Of a DNA stretch of 64,000 nucleotides, positions 1-14,290 are shown piece by piece (within the stretch, counting starts at the first letter, position 1; each line of letters starts with the position of its first letter). The notes under the pieces are model-generated. The model saw nothing but the letters and a program-made list of their open reading frames with translations. It had not been told where the DNA came from and made no database searches. Origin of the DNA: Vicugna vicugna (taxonomy: Eukaryota); contig MU057744.1 in NCBI GenBank assembly GCA_013265495.1, positions 1,564,356 to 1,628,355 on the forward strand, in the 5' to 3' direction. A program made the position numbers and the translations under genes.

Positions 1-210
1 AAACAGAAACAGACTCACAGACATAGAAAACAAACTTACAGTTGCCAAAGGAGAAATAGAGTGGGGAGAGACAAATTAGGAGTTTGGGATTTGCAGATAT
101 AAACTACTATATATAAAATAGATAAACAACAAGGTCCTACTGTACAGCACAGGGAACTATATTCAGTGTCTTGTAATAACCTATAATGAAAAAGAACATG
201 AAAAGAAAAA
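1..210 (+). mobile_element. L1 3' UTR fragment
   Basis: aaacagactcacagacatagaaaacaaactta..cagcacagggaactatattca. Confidence 0.9.
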
Positions 211-967
211 AGAGAACAAGTGAGGGCAGCAGAGGTGAGTCTGAGTATGACATTCTCTAACTTTGGGCGGTAGACCAGTTGGGGTGCTTTTGGCTGCAAG
301 TAAGAGACTCTTATTTCCAAATGCCTGATACCAAGGGAATTTATTTACCGTACAGTCTGGAGGTAGAGCTTGTTGGCTGATCCAGGTGGTCCATCTCTCT
401 GCTCTGCTCCGCTTGATGTTGGTCCAACCATCTTGTAACTCATAGCAAGTTAGCTACAGGACTCGAGGCATCGCATCCAGACGTGACAATGGCCAGAGGA
501 GGAGAAAAACCATTTATCCTTGTGGCCCTTTCCTGGTAGCGCAGAACATTTCCCCAGAACCCTTTTCCCCAGGAGACTTCTCTTATGTCTCATTAACCAG
601 AGAATGGTCAAATGCCCATTCCTGAAATAATCAGTGACAAAGTGAAAGTAACCTCTGCAGCGCAGAGTCGGGGGGGCCCCTTGAGGCACACGGATACGTG
701 CACAAAACTGAGATCCTGGAGAAAGGGAGGAGGAGGGAAGGGATGCGACTCTCCTCTCTAAGCCTTTACGTCCTCCTGCTTAAATTAAATGCAGGAGCAC
801 AACACGCACTCACATGGTTGTCAAACGAGGCACACACCGAAGGCCAGCATCGGAACAGGGCTAACTGGGAATCTGAGAGCGCATGAAACCAGGGCTGCAA
901 GTTCCAGCCTCCGCTTACACTGAGTTACTTAAAGCTGTGCTTTTTTTTTTCCTTCCATTTCGGAGTT

Positions 968-1385
968 TTTTATTTATTTATTTTTAATTGAAGTCTAGTC
1001 AGTTTGCAATGTTGTGTCAATTTCTGGTGTACAGCATAGTGTTTCAGTCATCTGTAAACATAGATATATTCCTTTTCATATTCTCTTTCATTATAGGTTA
1101 CTACAAGGTATTTAATATAGTTCCCTGTGCTGTGCAGTAGGAACTTGTTTATCTATTTTATATATAGTAGTTTGTATCTGCAAATCCCAAACGCCTAATT
1201 TATCCCTTTCCCGTCTTTCCCATTTGGTAACCGTAAGGTTGTTTTCTATGTCTGTGAGTCTGTTTTGGTTTTGTAAATAAGTTCATTTGTGTCATTTTTT
1301 AAGATTCCACACATGAGCGATCTCATATGGCATTTGTCTTTCTCTTTCTGGCTGACTTCACTCAGAATGGCGATCTCCAGGTCAG
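968..1385 (-). mobile_element. L1 3' end
   Basis: Same subfamily signature, T-rich tail at the left end. Confidence 0.9.
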
Positions 1386-1782
1386 CCCTTTCAGATCTGG
1401 GGAACTTTTCCTAATAGTCCAGCAGTGACAGCATTTTCCAACCCGAACTTCTAGTTCTTCCTCAGAGCATTGCTTTCAGGATAAATGTGAGGGCAGGTTG
1501 TCTTGAGTTACTTTGGGTCCACATTTTACTTGAGATCTTTTTCCTTTGTTATACATACAAGTCAGCTTATATATACAAGTCGGTAAAATGCCACAAGTTT
1601 TGTGAGAACTAAGAAAGCTACATCCTCTAGTTTAATAACAGAAAAAGTTAAGACAAGGAAAAAGGTCAGCAGTGTTCAGCGTTCTGCTGAATTCTCTGTT
1701 TCTGGCACCTATTTCTCCAGGTTAGAAGATGAGAATTCCAGCAGGCACCTTGTCCCACCACGACAGGGTGGACTTAAAAAAA

Positions 1783-1965
1783 TTTTTTTTCTTTTTTTTT
1801 TTATTGAAGTCTAGTCAGTTTATAATGTGTCAGTGTCTGGTGCACAGCTCACGTTTCAGTCATACATGTACACACATGTGTTCCTTTTCTTAGTCTTTTT
1901 TGTTTTAGGTTGCTGTAAGATATTGAATCTAGCTCCCCGTGCTGTACAGAAGAAACCTGTTTACA
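1783..1965 (-). mobile_element. Short L1 3' end
   Basis: T-tail plus ttgaagtctagtcagtt signature. Confidence 0.85.
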
Positions 1966-3444
1966 TATTCAGTTTTTGAAAAAACAAGTTGATCTGCTTA
2001 CCAAATGTAGATTTAGTCCTGCCCCTGATAGTTGGCTTCATGGAAGTCAACTGTATACTGGGATGTTTTTATTTTTTAAACGATACTCTGAAAATTATGA
2101 CTGCTGGTAATTTGGAGCATAGTTGTTTTTCTTCGTATAACAAGTTAAATCTGTGGTAATTTTAAGATGAGCATGGTTTTGTGTGATGATTGAGGATGTG
2201 AGATCTGTGTATGTAGCTGATTGGATTGTTTTCTCCCTAAGCAGCTTTATATTAAAAAAAAAATCAAAGAGCCATGTAAAGTTTGGTCATTTTTTAATCT
2301 GTTTTTTCCCTGTTTATTTTTTTAAGCCAGTTAAATGCCTTTCTGAACAGGGGTGTGTAAAGGGAATGAGTGCTTTTTGAAGCTTCCTGAACAAATTCAG
2401 TTCGTGTTTATTAGATGGGTGTGATGTGCAGCGGTGTCAGAGGAACCAGCAGGACCCTGAAGGTTCAGGCGTCCTTGCTTTAACCCCCTTCCGGGGAACC
2501 TGGGCCGTGTGTCCTCCCCAGCCGTTCTGTGTGCTGCTCTCCCACTTAGATAATTACCAGCAAAGTACCGACACACAAGAGACCTTTTGCAGTTCTAGTC
2601 AAGCTGTCGGACCTTTGCAGGAATGATAGCTTTCTGCTCCTGCTCTCAGGATGCCCAGGGCCTTTTCAGCTTCTAGGAGGAAGATGCTCTCACATTGGGC
2701 CCCCTGAACTTTGCACTGCCTTCTTTTAACAGGAAGATTCACCTCCCACCCTGTGATGGAAGCTGACCCTATAATCTCCTAAATCGTTGCTTTCTCCAGG
2801 CCATCCCATAACCCAGCTAGAGCAAAAAAACAAAAACAAATAATTCACATTGAAAAGAATAAATGGTACCCATTTTCTTCTCAATTAATTGTGATGGGAT
2901 ACACTTCGAATCTCTGTCTTTGCCTGTGTTAGTTATTTTGTTTGCAAAGGATTTGCTGTTAATTCTGAGTTTAGATTATTTTAGAAATCATCTCACTTGC
3001 TGAGGGTGACAGTGTCTTGAATTTAGTCATTAAACATTTACTGAGGACACACAAGGTGTGGGCCTGCCGGTCAGTGCAGGGCACCCGCACATGAGACCCT
3101 AGGTAGCTGACCTCCAGGAGCTCATGGGGATGCACCGAGTATGCAGTTTCCTTGATTATTAGAGCTGCCAGCATTTGGTTTTCCGAGTATTCTGAAGTAA
3201 CCTTAACCTTAGAGTAAAAACTTCTATTTTTCAGCAAAAATCATCTCCTTTCTGCTCTGTGCCTTTTCTCCTACAGACACAGATTCTTGGATTAAAAAAG
3301 CCAAGGAATCATAAGAACTGGAAGGAACTTTCAAAATGAACCTTTGAAATTTCTTCTGTCCCTCCCCACCCCTCCTTCGTCAACCCTTTGGCTATATGTA
3401 GGCAGAATTCACAATCCTTACCAGAAAGTGGTTTTGGCAATTAG

Positions 3445-3962
3445 TGTTATTACTGAATCCAAACTCATTCTGTTTGCTGCACGACAGGCCAGTATACTGG
3501 GAGACGAGGTGTTGGGACAAGGAATAGTGACTTTATTTGGAAAGCCGGCAGACCGGGAAGATGGCAGACAAATGTCCTGGAGAACCATCTTCCCCAACTC
3601 AGAACTCAGGCTCCTTCTACACTAAAAAGAGGAGGGAGTGTGGTTGGTTGTTGCAAACCTCTTGGTGTCAGAATTCTTTGTTCTTGCAGCTGTCCACGTG
3701 GGTCAGGTCAGGGTGTCCCTGTAAACCTCCAACAAGACAAGTGTTATTTTCTATTCTGCAAGTTTTTATCTCGATATGAATGCAAGTGTTATTGTGCCCT
3801 TAAAGGTCAGAGCCTTGAGAATGGGCTGTCCTGTCTCTTTCAGGCTCCAGGCAACATCCTTTTACAAAAGGTGCAGAACCAGCAGGACTCAGCCCAGGAA
3901 ACAGAGCACAGGGTCAGAGCCAAAGGAACAGGTCTAATATGCAGTCAGGTTTGTTCTCCCTT
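3445..3962 (-). mobile_element. Solo ERV1-type LTR
   Basis: TG start with tactgaatccaaactc..gacgaggtgttgggacaaggaatagtgactttatt, resembling recalled artiodactyl LTRs. AATAAA on the minus strand. Confidence 0.65.
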
Positions 3963-5845
3963 AGTAAATCATAGTAAATAATGGTATTTAATTCCTTCAT
4001 GAGTTCCTTTCCATATGGAGCCTATGAAATACTCAGAAGTTTACATCTGAAATATCTGTTCAGTGGGAATTGCCTTATTGAATCTCAGATGGTAAAATAG
4101 TTTTTATGTACTCTATGTTGGAATGATCTCAAATTCCTTAACTGAGAGGATGAATTAAAACAGGCAAATTGGAAAGTTGTAAACATCCTCATACTTGTAA
4201 ATTAATTAAGTTTCTTTTTGCTGGGAATGTTAAGCAAATGGTGGATTCAAGGATAATATTCTAGAGACTGGAAACCATTTCTAGGTAGTCTGTAAATGCT
4301 GTTTAGATTTGCAGAAATTAAGGCTACCTTATTCGATCTTTTTTTTCATCAGTGACATTTAGTGATACTACAAACTTCTAGACATTGCAGTAAGTGGGAT
4401 GGAAAGTTGACGGATGTGGCCGCTGTCATGAAGAAGCTCACAATTTTGTGATTTCTTCTAATGCTCAAGGATCTAGTTAGTTTTTAAAGTAGCTCATGGA
4501 TGCTGTGAAAAATGTGTCCTCTCTACTCGTAACGATGTAGGTGCTTAAAAGCACTAATGTAGCCTCCTTGGGATCTGGGGTCCCCTCGGTACCTTCTTTG
4601 ACGATCTTGATTCGGAAGCCCATGTGTCCGCTCCACAATTCTGACTGGTTGGTAAAGGGTCAGATTTCCTGTTCATTCCCTTCTCTCCACCCCAGTCCAT
4701 GTGTGATGACTCCTCCTCTTTGTATAGTATTTGCAAAAAGCAGAATAAGCAGTTCTGGAGAGTTGTCATTTAAAGGAGAGTTTTCCCACAGTTAGCCACA
4801 GGCCCTCCCCAGTGGAGGGAGGTCGCTGTCTGGGCCTTCCTGGCTCACCTTCTCCTGGTCATTGATGCTCAACTGTTCTTGATCTGACACCAGCCTCCTG
4901 AGAGCAGCCCCAGCAGTGACGTTGGGGGTCAGCTGATAAGGTCACTCGAGGGTCCATGCAATTTCTCATCTTGGTGTTAGCAATCAGATTCTTTATCTTG
5001 CTTGGTTTTATGGTTTCTATAAAGTGTAGGACTCTTCCCAAAGTGGTTCCTGGATATTAGCATTGATTAACCTGAACTGCGGCACACTTTCTTCTCTAGT
5101 GACGAGCAAGAAAAGCAGAGCGTGGAGTGAACTGTTTATTGTGTGGATTTTCCAACAGTTGGAAAAGTTTGGGTTTGACTCCTGCAATTGGGCCATGCAT
5201 GCTCCCCAAGCAGATGTGAAGATAACCAAGTTATGATTATTCCCATCATCTAAGTAACAAGGGGTCTAAGAGAATGACAGACCATTTGGCCACTTCCCCA
5301 TTGTTCTGTAAGGCTAGGCACCATGTTCATGAAAATAGCTTTTAGGGAAAGGGGTAGGGTATAGACGTGCAGTCATTTAAACAGACAAATGCTAACGTTT
5401 AGTGTGTCCTGCACGTGTGGATGTGAGGTAGGAACCTGAAATAAACCTTGGTGTTCAACACATACCTACCTGTATCTCGGTGCTGTTATGAGTGACATGA
5501 CTAGAAATTTCCTCAAACGTCCATTCATTCCAGCACATTCTGAGGGGGTTTGATGAGCCCATGTACACAGAATTTTCCCTTCTTTTCCACAGCAGCCTGC
5601 CATCCAACCATTAAAAAAATAATGACAGCAACAGTCCAGCACCTAGAACCTTATTGAAACACTGGAGAGGTTTATTGCTAATGACAAATTGGTGGCTGTC
5701 ACTGCCCCTGATACCAGGAGAAGGAAGGGTGCCCCTGCCCTGGTCCAGACCCTCGCCAGCTGCTGTGTCAGCTCCTGCCATCGCCACTGGTGGTCATTGC
5801 GACAGAGCAGGTCGGTGCCTAGCACTGATGTTTTCTCATTTGGGG

Positions 5846-5926
5846 CTCTTCCTACTCCTCCTTCCTCTTCTTCTTCTTCCTCTTCCTCTTCTCCTCCTCC
5901 TCCCCCTCCCCCCCTCCTCCTTCTTC
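5846..5926. repeat. (CTT/CCT)-rich polypyrimidine tract
   Basis: Read directly from the sequence. Confidence 0.9.
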
Positions 5927-7448
5927 AGAAGTGGCGAGAAAGGACTAGAAATTTAGGGAAAATACAGATGGGCATGTATTTAGGAGGTCGAACAGAGTCT
6001 GTGGAACAAGAGCCCATCCGTAGCTACAGAATGCACATTAACTTAGTAAAAGCGTTGGGAATCCACACATTTAGGTCCTGATACTTTATTCTATAGATGA
6101 AGAAATGGAGATCTAGGAAAATGAAATGATTTACCCAAGGTTGCATGCATAGGTATTGGTAGGGAAAAGAAGTCTGAGGTTCTTTTCAGTATTAAAAATA
6201 AGTAACAAAAAACAGGGAAGTGTGCAGGCCGCAGAATCTCTATCTTTGAAGAGTCAACAGGCGAGAAAACACTTAGATTGACTCAAAGTAATTCAAGATT
6301 GAGTTTTGGTGGTAGAAACCCTTAAGGATGGAATGGGGTGCTTTGAGAGATTATTTCGAGAGATCTGCAATATAAGGTGTTCTGGGTGTGGTCCTTCCTG
6401 AAAAGCGGGAGGGGGTGGTTGGAGGCCCTGTCGGGGTCCTTTGATTATTTACCGCGGTGTTCCACGAGGACCCTGTAGCTCCAAGAAGGAGGATGTTGAT
6501 CATCAGATCTCTCCCCGACCCCCTGTCTCAGCCTCCTTCCCCAGTGTGCAGGGCTGCGATGAGGACTGTGGAAGCACCAGCCGGCCTGGAGCTCTGTTCC
6601 TTTGATCTGTCCAGGCCGATAGCAGACTTGTGATTCACCTGGGGTCTGGAATAGATTTGCAGTTGCCCTTTGCAGTCAGTGCTTCAACTTTGTTTTGAGT
6701 TGGATAATGAGATATTCTCTAGCATATTGACTAGCATTTGTGAGTTGATTGTGAAAAACAATAAAAGAGTTCTAAACCCATCAGGCAGGGGTGTCTGGGA
6801 ATACACTTTCCCCGCTCAGATTTCTTCTTGCCTCCTCTTTCAAGTAGACATAGGTAAACGTTAAAAATATATATGATGCAAAAGATGGGTGAACTTTTGG
6901 CCATATGTGGAAATATGTATATGTTTGTTATCATTACTCTTTTAACAATGCTTCCAAGTGGACCCATTTGAGAGTGGCCGGTCTTTGATGACCACACAGC
7001 TCTGCACCTGAACAAGGCTCTTAATTTTTCTTTCTTAGCTGTTGCTGCTCAGCATTGTAGATACACTAAGAGAACGTCTCATTTTTTCATCAGCAGTTTC
7101 CTCTGCACGATTGCAAGGACTCTGAGGAATAATTAAGATTAAAATATTCCCAAGCAGGGAGAGAGGGATTTTGGATAAAAGAATATCTCCCTCTTTCTTG
7201 GGATTTTGTCATTGGAGAAGATCCTCTGACTTGCTCAGTAAAACTGCCATTAGTGCTTAAGCACACAAAGTCACAGATATTTGCCAAATATAGTTTGTTG
7301 TTTTCATCTGGTGTTTAATTTCCTGATATCAAAAAAAGAATTTGAATGTGAGATTTTTTTCAGTAGTTTAGGAATTCTCCCTGCTGGTGTGAGGTCACCA
7401 TTTTCATGTTACTGTGAAGTAAGGGCTTGAGAAAATAAATAACATGAA

Positions 7449-7530
7449 TTTGTTTGTTTGTTTTTTTTAACGGAGGTACTGGGGATTGAACCCGGGACCT
7501 CGTGTATGCCAGGCACGTGCTCTACCTCTG
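7449..7530 (-). mobile_element. Vic-1-like SINE fragment
   Basis: gaggtactggggattgaacccgggacctcgtg is the reverse complement of the SINE head. Confidence 0.8.
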
Positions 7531-8587
7531 TGAGATTGTTTGAGAAGAATAGGGAAAAGAGAAACTTCCTCAAAACGACTAAATAGCCCAGGAGGAGGAA
7601 GCATTTGAGCTCCTGAAAAAATAATTATTTCTGTAGAATAAGCTTTTTAGCTAGAGTTCCACGTTTCTTGTTATTTCCTTTGGCTGTGGAGTTTTAAATT
7701 AGACAGACTTTTCATGTTCAGAGCGCCCCCCTCCCTCTGTTGCCCAGTCATTGGGAAGGGGTCCTGTCAGGGGCGGCCTGTGGCAAAAGACGTAGTGATG
7801 GTAACTGCAGGGTGAGGGGATCGGCAGAGAAGGAGCCCACTCAGGTGTCATGCACCTTTGAGGCGCTGGTAGATTGGAAGCTGCGCTATGTTCAACTGCA
7901 CAGGAGACTTCCTCTGCTTAGAGTCGATTAAGAAACAAGTTCCATTGACGGCTTAACAAGCTGCCCCTCGCTGGCCATTGTACCGGAGCCAGGAGTGTGC
8001 TGGGACCCTGGGAAGGACACACAAAAGAGAAATGTTCTGCAGAACAAAGACCGCTCCACGGGGTATTTAGGGACCTGGAGAAGGGTGGATAGAACCTTGT
8101 GGCCAGGGAGGGAAGAAATGACGCTTCGAGAGGGAACCTCCTGCTGGTTATGCTAAAAGCTACGACAGAAAATAGAAAGGGTCCAGGATATGTTTGGTGG
8201 GTCTTCAGGTTGAAAAGTCGCACAGTAGCTGACCTATGGAGAGTCGGAGGTCCCCACAGTGCTCCCAAAACCTCAGCTGTAAATCACGGTGCTTGTGGGT
8301 CTTTGCAGAATCTGATTAGAACAACATAAGGGTAGACAGAATTTGGAAAAAATCCATTTATCTCAAAAGAGAAATACTGTTTGGGGTTGCATTTCAGTCA
8401 CTAGTTGACTGAATTATCTTTTGAACTGGGGTGGTTTTTTCTTGGTTTTTATTTTCCCTCATCAGTAGTCCTCCAGCGAATCCCAGGCGGGAAACTCCTG
8501 TCTTTTTTATTCATAAGAAATTTAGTTTTTGTTTGTGATACAGTCTTTACACCTTTTGATTGTCAGGAGAGGCTAGAACAGGATGTG

Positions 8588-9035
8588 GTTTTATTTTTAT
8601 TTTTTATTGAAGTGTAGTTGATTTACAATGTTGGTTTCAGGTGTACAGCAAAGCGATTCAGTTATACAGATATGTACACATCTGTATATATTTTTAGATT
8701 CTTTTCCATGATATGTTATCACAAGAAATTGAATACAGTTCACTGCGGTATACATTGCAAATCAACTATACTTCAGTCAATTTTTAAAAAATTTTCAATT
8801 AAAAAAATTGTATTTAAGTGTACTTTATACAGCGTTAGTTTCAGGTGCACAGCAAAGTGATTCAGTTATACATATATATGTATATTTACAAACTGTGGTT
8901 ACCAAAGAGGAAAGTGGGGAAGGGAGGGATAAATTAGGGGTTGGGGAATTCACAGGCACACATTACTGTATATGAAGTAGATAAACAACAAGGTCCTACT
9001 GGATAGAATAGGGAACTACATTCAACTTCTTGAAA
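8588..9035. mobile_element. Cluster of alternately oriented L1 3' fragments
   Basis: Minus about 8588-8745, plus about 8748-8808, minus about 8810-8888, plus about 8890-9030. Confidence 0.75.
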
Positions 9036-10779
9036 AGGATGTTTTAACGTAACTGCATATTTGCTCTAAGAGGCATGTAAAGCGTTGAAGGAATGAACCC
9101 AATTTTCATGATAACAAGACTTAAGAAAATAGAGTTGTGACACTATTTTCACACTGAAAGATTTTGAAAAAAAATCCAATTTGGATTTTTAAAAGAGATA
9201 CAATGATGGTTAGACATTGAATGTCCTCTGTGAGACATTTTAATCTTTAGATTAAAAAAGTTGCTGAATTAAACATCCTTCCTAGGATATGAGAAACCGG
9301 TGGTATTTTAAGTGCCAGTTTCCATCGAGACAAAATTTTTGATGAGTAATTTTGGGAGGTTAGGGCTCTTTTTGTCCAAATCAAATGCAGTTTATGGATT
9401 TCTCATACTCAATGCTTGTTTACATTTTCTTTTAAGCTCTGTGTTGCTTAACACCAATGTCTGTGTTTTCTGGATAATACTGACCCAGTGGAAGGTTCTC
9501 GTGGGTAACTGGATCTTGGATGGCGGCCATGCTGCTAAAGCTGCGTATGACCTTGCTCATGACCTCTGTTGCCAGACCAAGTTACCAGTTATGTGGATGG
9601 TAGTAACTGGCCACTATTCTGGGGTCCTTCACAGTTTGCAAAGGACTTCATATGTTTAATTTAGTTTACTCTTTATAATAAGCATATGATGCAGGCAAGG
9701 GTAGTTTCTTTTTTAGTGAATAAGATCATTGTGTCTCATTGAAGTGGATTATTCCAAGGTTAACCAGCTGGAAAGCGAGAGAGTTGCTCTTTTACCTTGG
9801 CTGGAGTTTTGTTTGTTTGTTTTTATTTGCACCTTTTAATTCATCCAGTCATCCATCAAACAGTTGTTGAATATCTGTTATATTCTGGATGTGATGGCTG
9901 ACACAGGTGCGGCAAGCATAAGCCGCGGTCGGTGTCCTTGAGTAGGGTGGTCTGGGGAAGGAGAGCCGTAAGCCAGAGAGTGATGGATGTACGAATCACG
10001 GTCCCAGGAAGGAATTCCGCCAGTCTACGTCGCGATTCACAGAGGCGTTTCTGTTTTGACCCTGTGCAAGCACGTTTTCTGCAGGTGACTCTTAACGGCT
10101 TTCCTGACATGCCTCAAGTTGTCCTGGGAGGAACTGAGCTGGTGGCAGATGGGAAAGGGCGGTACGCAGTGTGTTCCTTACGCGCAGAGACAAGGCAGCG
10201 CCGGGCCTGCGCAGACGCCCCCAGCCGGATGCCCACAGGACGCGGCTCGTCCAGACTCCTGTCCGCGGCCCCGATCCCGGTCTTCTCCCTGGCCGCGGGC
10301 TCAACATAGTATGTTGCCTGCCTGCTCGCCCTCCCCAGCGGGCGCTGAGTGCTTTCAGGGGCCTTGTGCCAGGCGCTTGCAGAATTCCTGCTTTGCCCCG
10401 TGCAGCCCGTGTGCACGCGAGGAGTGCATCTCATCCTCTCTACTCAGCCCTCACCTCTCTTCCTCCCTCTCTGATGACAGGAGTTTGGTTGGTTTGCTTC
10501 TGTTTGCGCCTTTTAGTTCGTCCGCTTCTGCTTCACATTTCCATAGTACTTCAGAGAGCACAGGTGTCCTCTCGCTTAGATGGGCATCATCCAACGTTGA
10601 GGACTCTGATCTCTGGGGGGTCCTGGCAGCCCTCCTGCGTCTCCCCAGGCAGTCCTCAGACTCTCGTCCTCCTCACGCCAGCTGCTGCCGGCCTCACGCC
10701 TCTGGTCCCTGAGAGCCGGGAGCTGCCGGAAGAGCACTCGCGCCATCGGCCGGCTCGCCCAGAGCTCACCGGCAGCTCC

Positions 10780-11680
10780 ACCTGTGCGGACGTTTTGGGG
10801 GTGGCCATTCTGACAGGCGTGAGGGGAACTCTCGTTGTGGTTTTCATTTGCGTTTCTCTAATAATTAGCAACGCTGAGAGCATCTTTTCTTGTGCCTGTG
10901 AGCATGAAGTCTTCTTAGGAAACTGTCTACTTAGGTCTTCTGCTCACTTCTTAATTGGGTGGTTTGTTTTTTGATACCGAGTTGTGGAAGCTGTTTGTGT
11001 ACTTTGAATGTTAACAGCTTGTCGGTCACATCGTTTGCAAATGTTTTCTCCCATTGTCTTCTTGTTCTCTTGATGGTTTCCTTTGCTGTGCAAAAGCTTT
11101 TAAGTTTGATTGCGTCCCTTGTGCTTATTTTTGCTTTTATTTCTTTGCCTTGGGAGACCAATCTAAGAAAACATTGTACAATTTATGTCAGAGAATGTTT
11201 TGCCTCTGTTTTCTTCTAGAATTTTTGTGGTGTCCTGTCTTGTGTTTAAGTCTTTAAGCCACTTTTAAGTTTATTTCTGTGTATGCTGTGAGGGAATGTT
11301 CTAACTTCATTGACTTACATGCAGCTGTCCAGCTTTCCCAACACCACTTGCTAAAGAGGCTGTCTTTTCTCCATTGTATATTCTAGCCTTTTTTGGTCAT
11401 AGATTAATTGACCATAGGTGTGAGGGTTTATCTCTGGGCTCTCTATTCTGTTCCATTGATCCATATGCCTGTTTTTGTGCCAATACCATGCTGTTTTGAT
11501 GACTGTAGCTCTGTAGTATTGTCTGAAGTCTCCAGCTTTATTCTTTTTCCTCAGGTTTGTTTTGGCTATCCTGGGTCTTTTGTGGTTCCATATAAATTTT
11601 AGGGTTATCTATTCTAGTTTGGTGAAAAATGTCCTGGGTGTTTTGATGGGGATTGCACTGAAGCTGCAGATTGCTACCAT
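10780..11680 (-). mobile_element. L1 ORF2 fragment
   Basis: ggccattctgacagg..tttgctgtgcaaaagctttt..ccaataccatgctgttttgat; translated IKLKSFCTAKETI, WEKTFAND. Confidence 0.9.
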
Positions 11681-13669
11681 CATACTGGAGTCAACTCCAG
11701 AGTCCTTCCCGTGGCCTACAAGGCCCTCTGGATCCAGTGTCCCTAAGTCTCTGCCCTCCTTCTTCCACTCACCCCCACCCCAGCATTTTGCTTTTCCTGG
11801 AGCTCACCAGACCCTTTTTCAGTGTGAGGTTTCAGAGTCTGCTGCCCTTCTCTGCCTGGAATATCCCACAGGCTCACTCAAGTTTGTCCTGATCTTTGTT
11901 TGGTGTCCTCTCCTTGGAGAGGCCGATTCTGACCAGCCTGTAATAGAAGCCCCTTCATTACTTTTCATTACTTTTGATACCCTCCACCCTGCCCTTCTGC
12001 AGTCCTGGCTCTTCTCAGTCTCTGATACGAAGCTTTATAACTATTCATGTGCCTATTATTTACCTCTTCCTTCAGTATAAGCTCCATGGATAGAGGAACT
12101 TGGTGGTGGTTGTGTCTGCAATGAGTGAATTTAATCCTTACAAAAATGGGAACGATAAAGTAGCAATCATTAATAATATTTTATACCCTGGGCACCCTTT
12201 CCCAGCAACTTTGTAGATACTATATTCCTGGTTAGTTTAATCCCTGGCAATAATCCTGTGAGGTTGGCAACCATCACAGTGACTAGTAAAAGGAGAACTG
12301 GGGAACTGGGATTGAAACTCTAAGTGAGTCTAGCCCCAAAGTGATGCTTTCCACTTAATTCATACAATTTAGTGTTACACATTATTAAATGATAGTTATG
12401 TACCCTGGATAAGCTATTCTTAATTATTATTACATAACTTATTATTATGTTACTTCTTATTACATAACTTACCATATTAATTATTATGTAACATTATCAC
12501 ATAACTCCCCTCTGATTGATGAAAACTCTGGGGACAAGGTGATTAGTGAAGTGCCCAGGACTACAGTGTTGCATGCAGGCTTCGGACCTGGCTTTCTGAT
12601 TGGGCTCCAGGGGCTCCTTCTGCACAGCACAAGACTTCTGTACCAGATGCGCTGTGTGTCTCACTTTCTCTGGGTAACTTTTATGTTTTCCACCTGTGAT
12701 GTTTGACCACTTGCAACCTGGCATTTGTGAGGTCAACTCTAAGCTTTTCAAAAGCTGGTCCTAATACTGGTGTCATGATTTTATTTCTTGCACAAAGTAA
12801 CCTTTTGCTGACCTTTAGCGCACTTGTGTTAAGCCGAGTGAAAACAACAGACAAGCTGAAGTTCACTGTTTCGCTTGTACTTAACTTTCTGTAGCGCACT
12901 GTACAACCTGGCTCTTCTGAGAGATAGTTTAATGCTTAGGGACAGTTTGCTGGCTTGTTGATTCATTCCCAGGTCAGAGAAACGCTCTCAGCTGAAATAT
13001 TGATGGATTGCAAGAAAAGTGAGGTAATTTCCTGAAAGCCTATAGAAATATGGAAGTTTTGGTGTCTGGTGCACTGGATGGTAATCTCCATTTTAATTAG
13101 AGAATTATGTTTATAATTAGCAAGAACAGACTTTAATAGTCTGTCAATTACAGAAATAAATTGGAGACTGAAATTGCAAACTCATATTTCACTGTGTTTT
13201 GCAAAAGCAGATCTGCGGATCTGTAGATAAATGTTATGTCCATACATTTTGAGCTATGAAACCCTTGCATAAGCATGGGAGATGATGCATCAAAACATCC
13301 CAGAAACAAGATTAAAATAGTTTCTATGAATGACATCCTTCCATGCACCTTGTTTTTGCTAAAAACTCCTTGGGTTTTATTCTCCCATGGGTGGTATACT
13401 ATTTGTCTGTCCCAATGGCTGTTATTTATCAAGTTTTTGATTAGTCTTAAAAGTTTATCCTTGTATTGTGCAGAGACAGGGAAAATACACTTAACCGGAG
13501 GTCATAGACTCCTATGTATAAGAGAGAGAAAGGGGGAAGGGGGGGCCTATATATATATAATACAAGACAGCATAGTGCCCTCAAGAGTCTGAAATTGCCT
13601 TATCTTGAAATAAAGAGATTTTTATACATAGATTCAGATCTTGAGGTTGCCTCTAAAATTACTTCTTTT

Positions 13670-14290
13670 ATTATGTTATTTTTTGTCAATAAATATTATT
13701 TTATAAATAATGTTATATATTACATACTATGTACAATATATTATAATTTATAACAATTATAATTTATAAATAATAAATTAATTTATATCAATAATTACCG
13801 TTTTATAAAAAATTATAATAATTATATAACAATACACTAAAATTAATAATAATTAAAATGTATAAGCAATGAATTATATTAATAAACATTATATTTATTA
13901 TTTTATTATTAATAAATATTATTTTATAAACAATTTATAATTATATTATATATAATAAAATTATATATTATAATTCATAAGTATAATTTATAAATAATAC
14001 AATTATATATTATATACTATGTATAATATATTGTAGTTCATAATGATTATGATTTATAAATAATAAATTATTTTATATCAATTACTGTTTTATAAAAATT
14101 TATACACTAAAATTAATAATTAAAATTTATAAGCAATTATTTTATATTAATAAACATTTATTTTATTAATAAATATTTTATAAATTTATAATTATAATAT
14201 TATGTATAATATATGGTATAATTCATAAGTGTAATGTATAAATAATACATGACTTTTATATTTATATAATATTATATTTGTTACTTTAAA
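13670..14290. repeat. Extremely AT-rich low-complexity block with a ~290-bp diverged internal tandem duplication
   Basis: tatatatta(c/t)atactatgta, tacactaaaattaataat and tataagcaat each recur about 265-290 nt apart. Confidence 0.85.

Noticed and set aside
10119..10974. Long ORFs of 197 aa and 267 aa
   Set aside because: By-products of local GC richness. The longer one runs into antisense L1, and neither has a recognisable domain.
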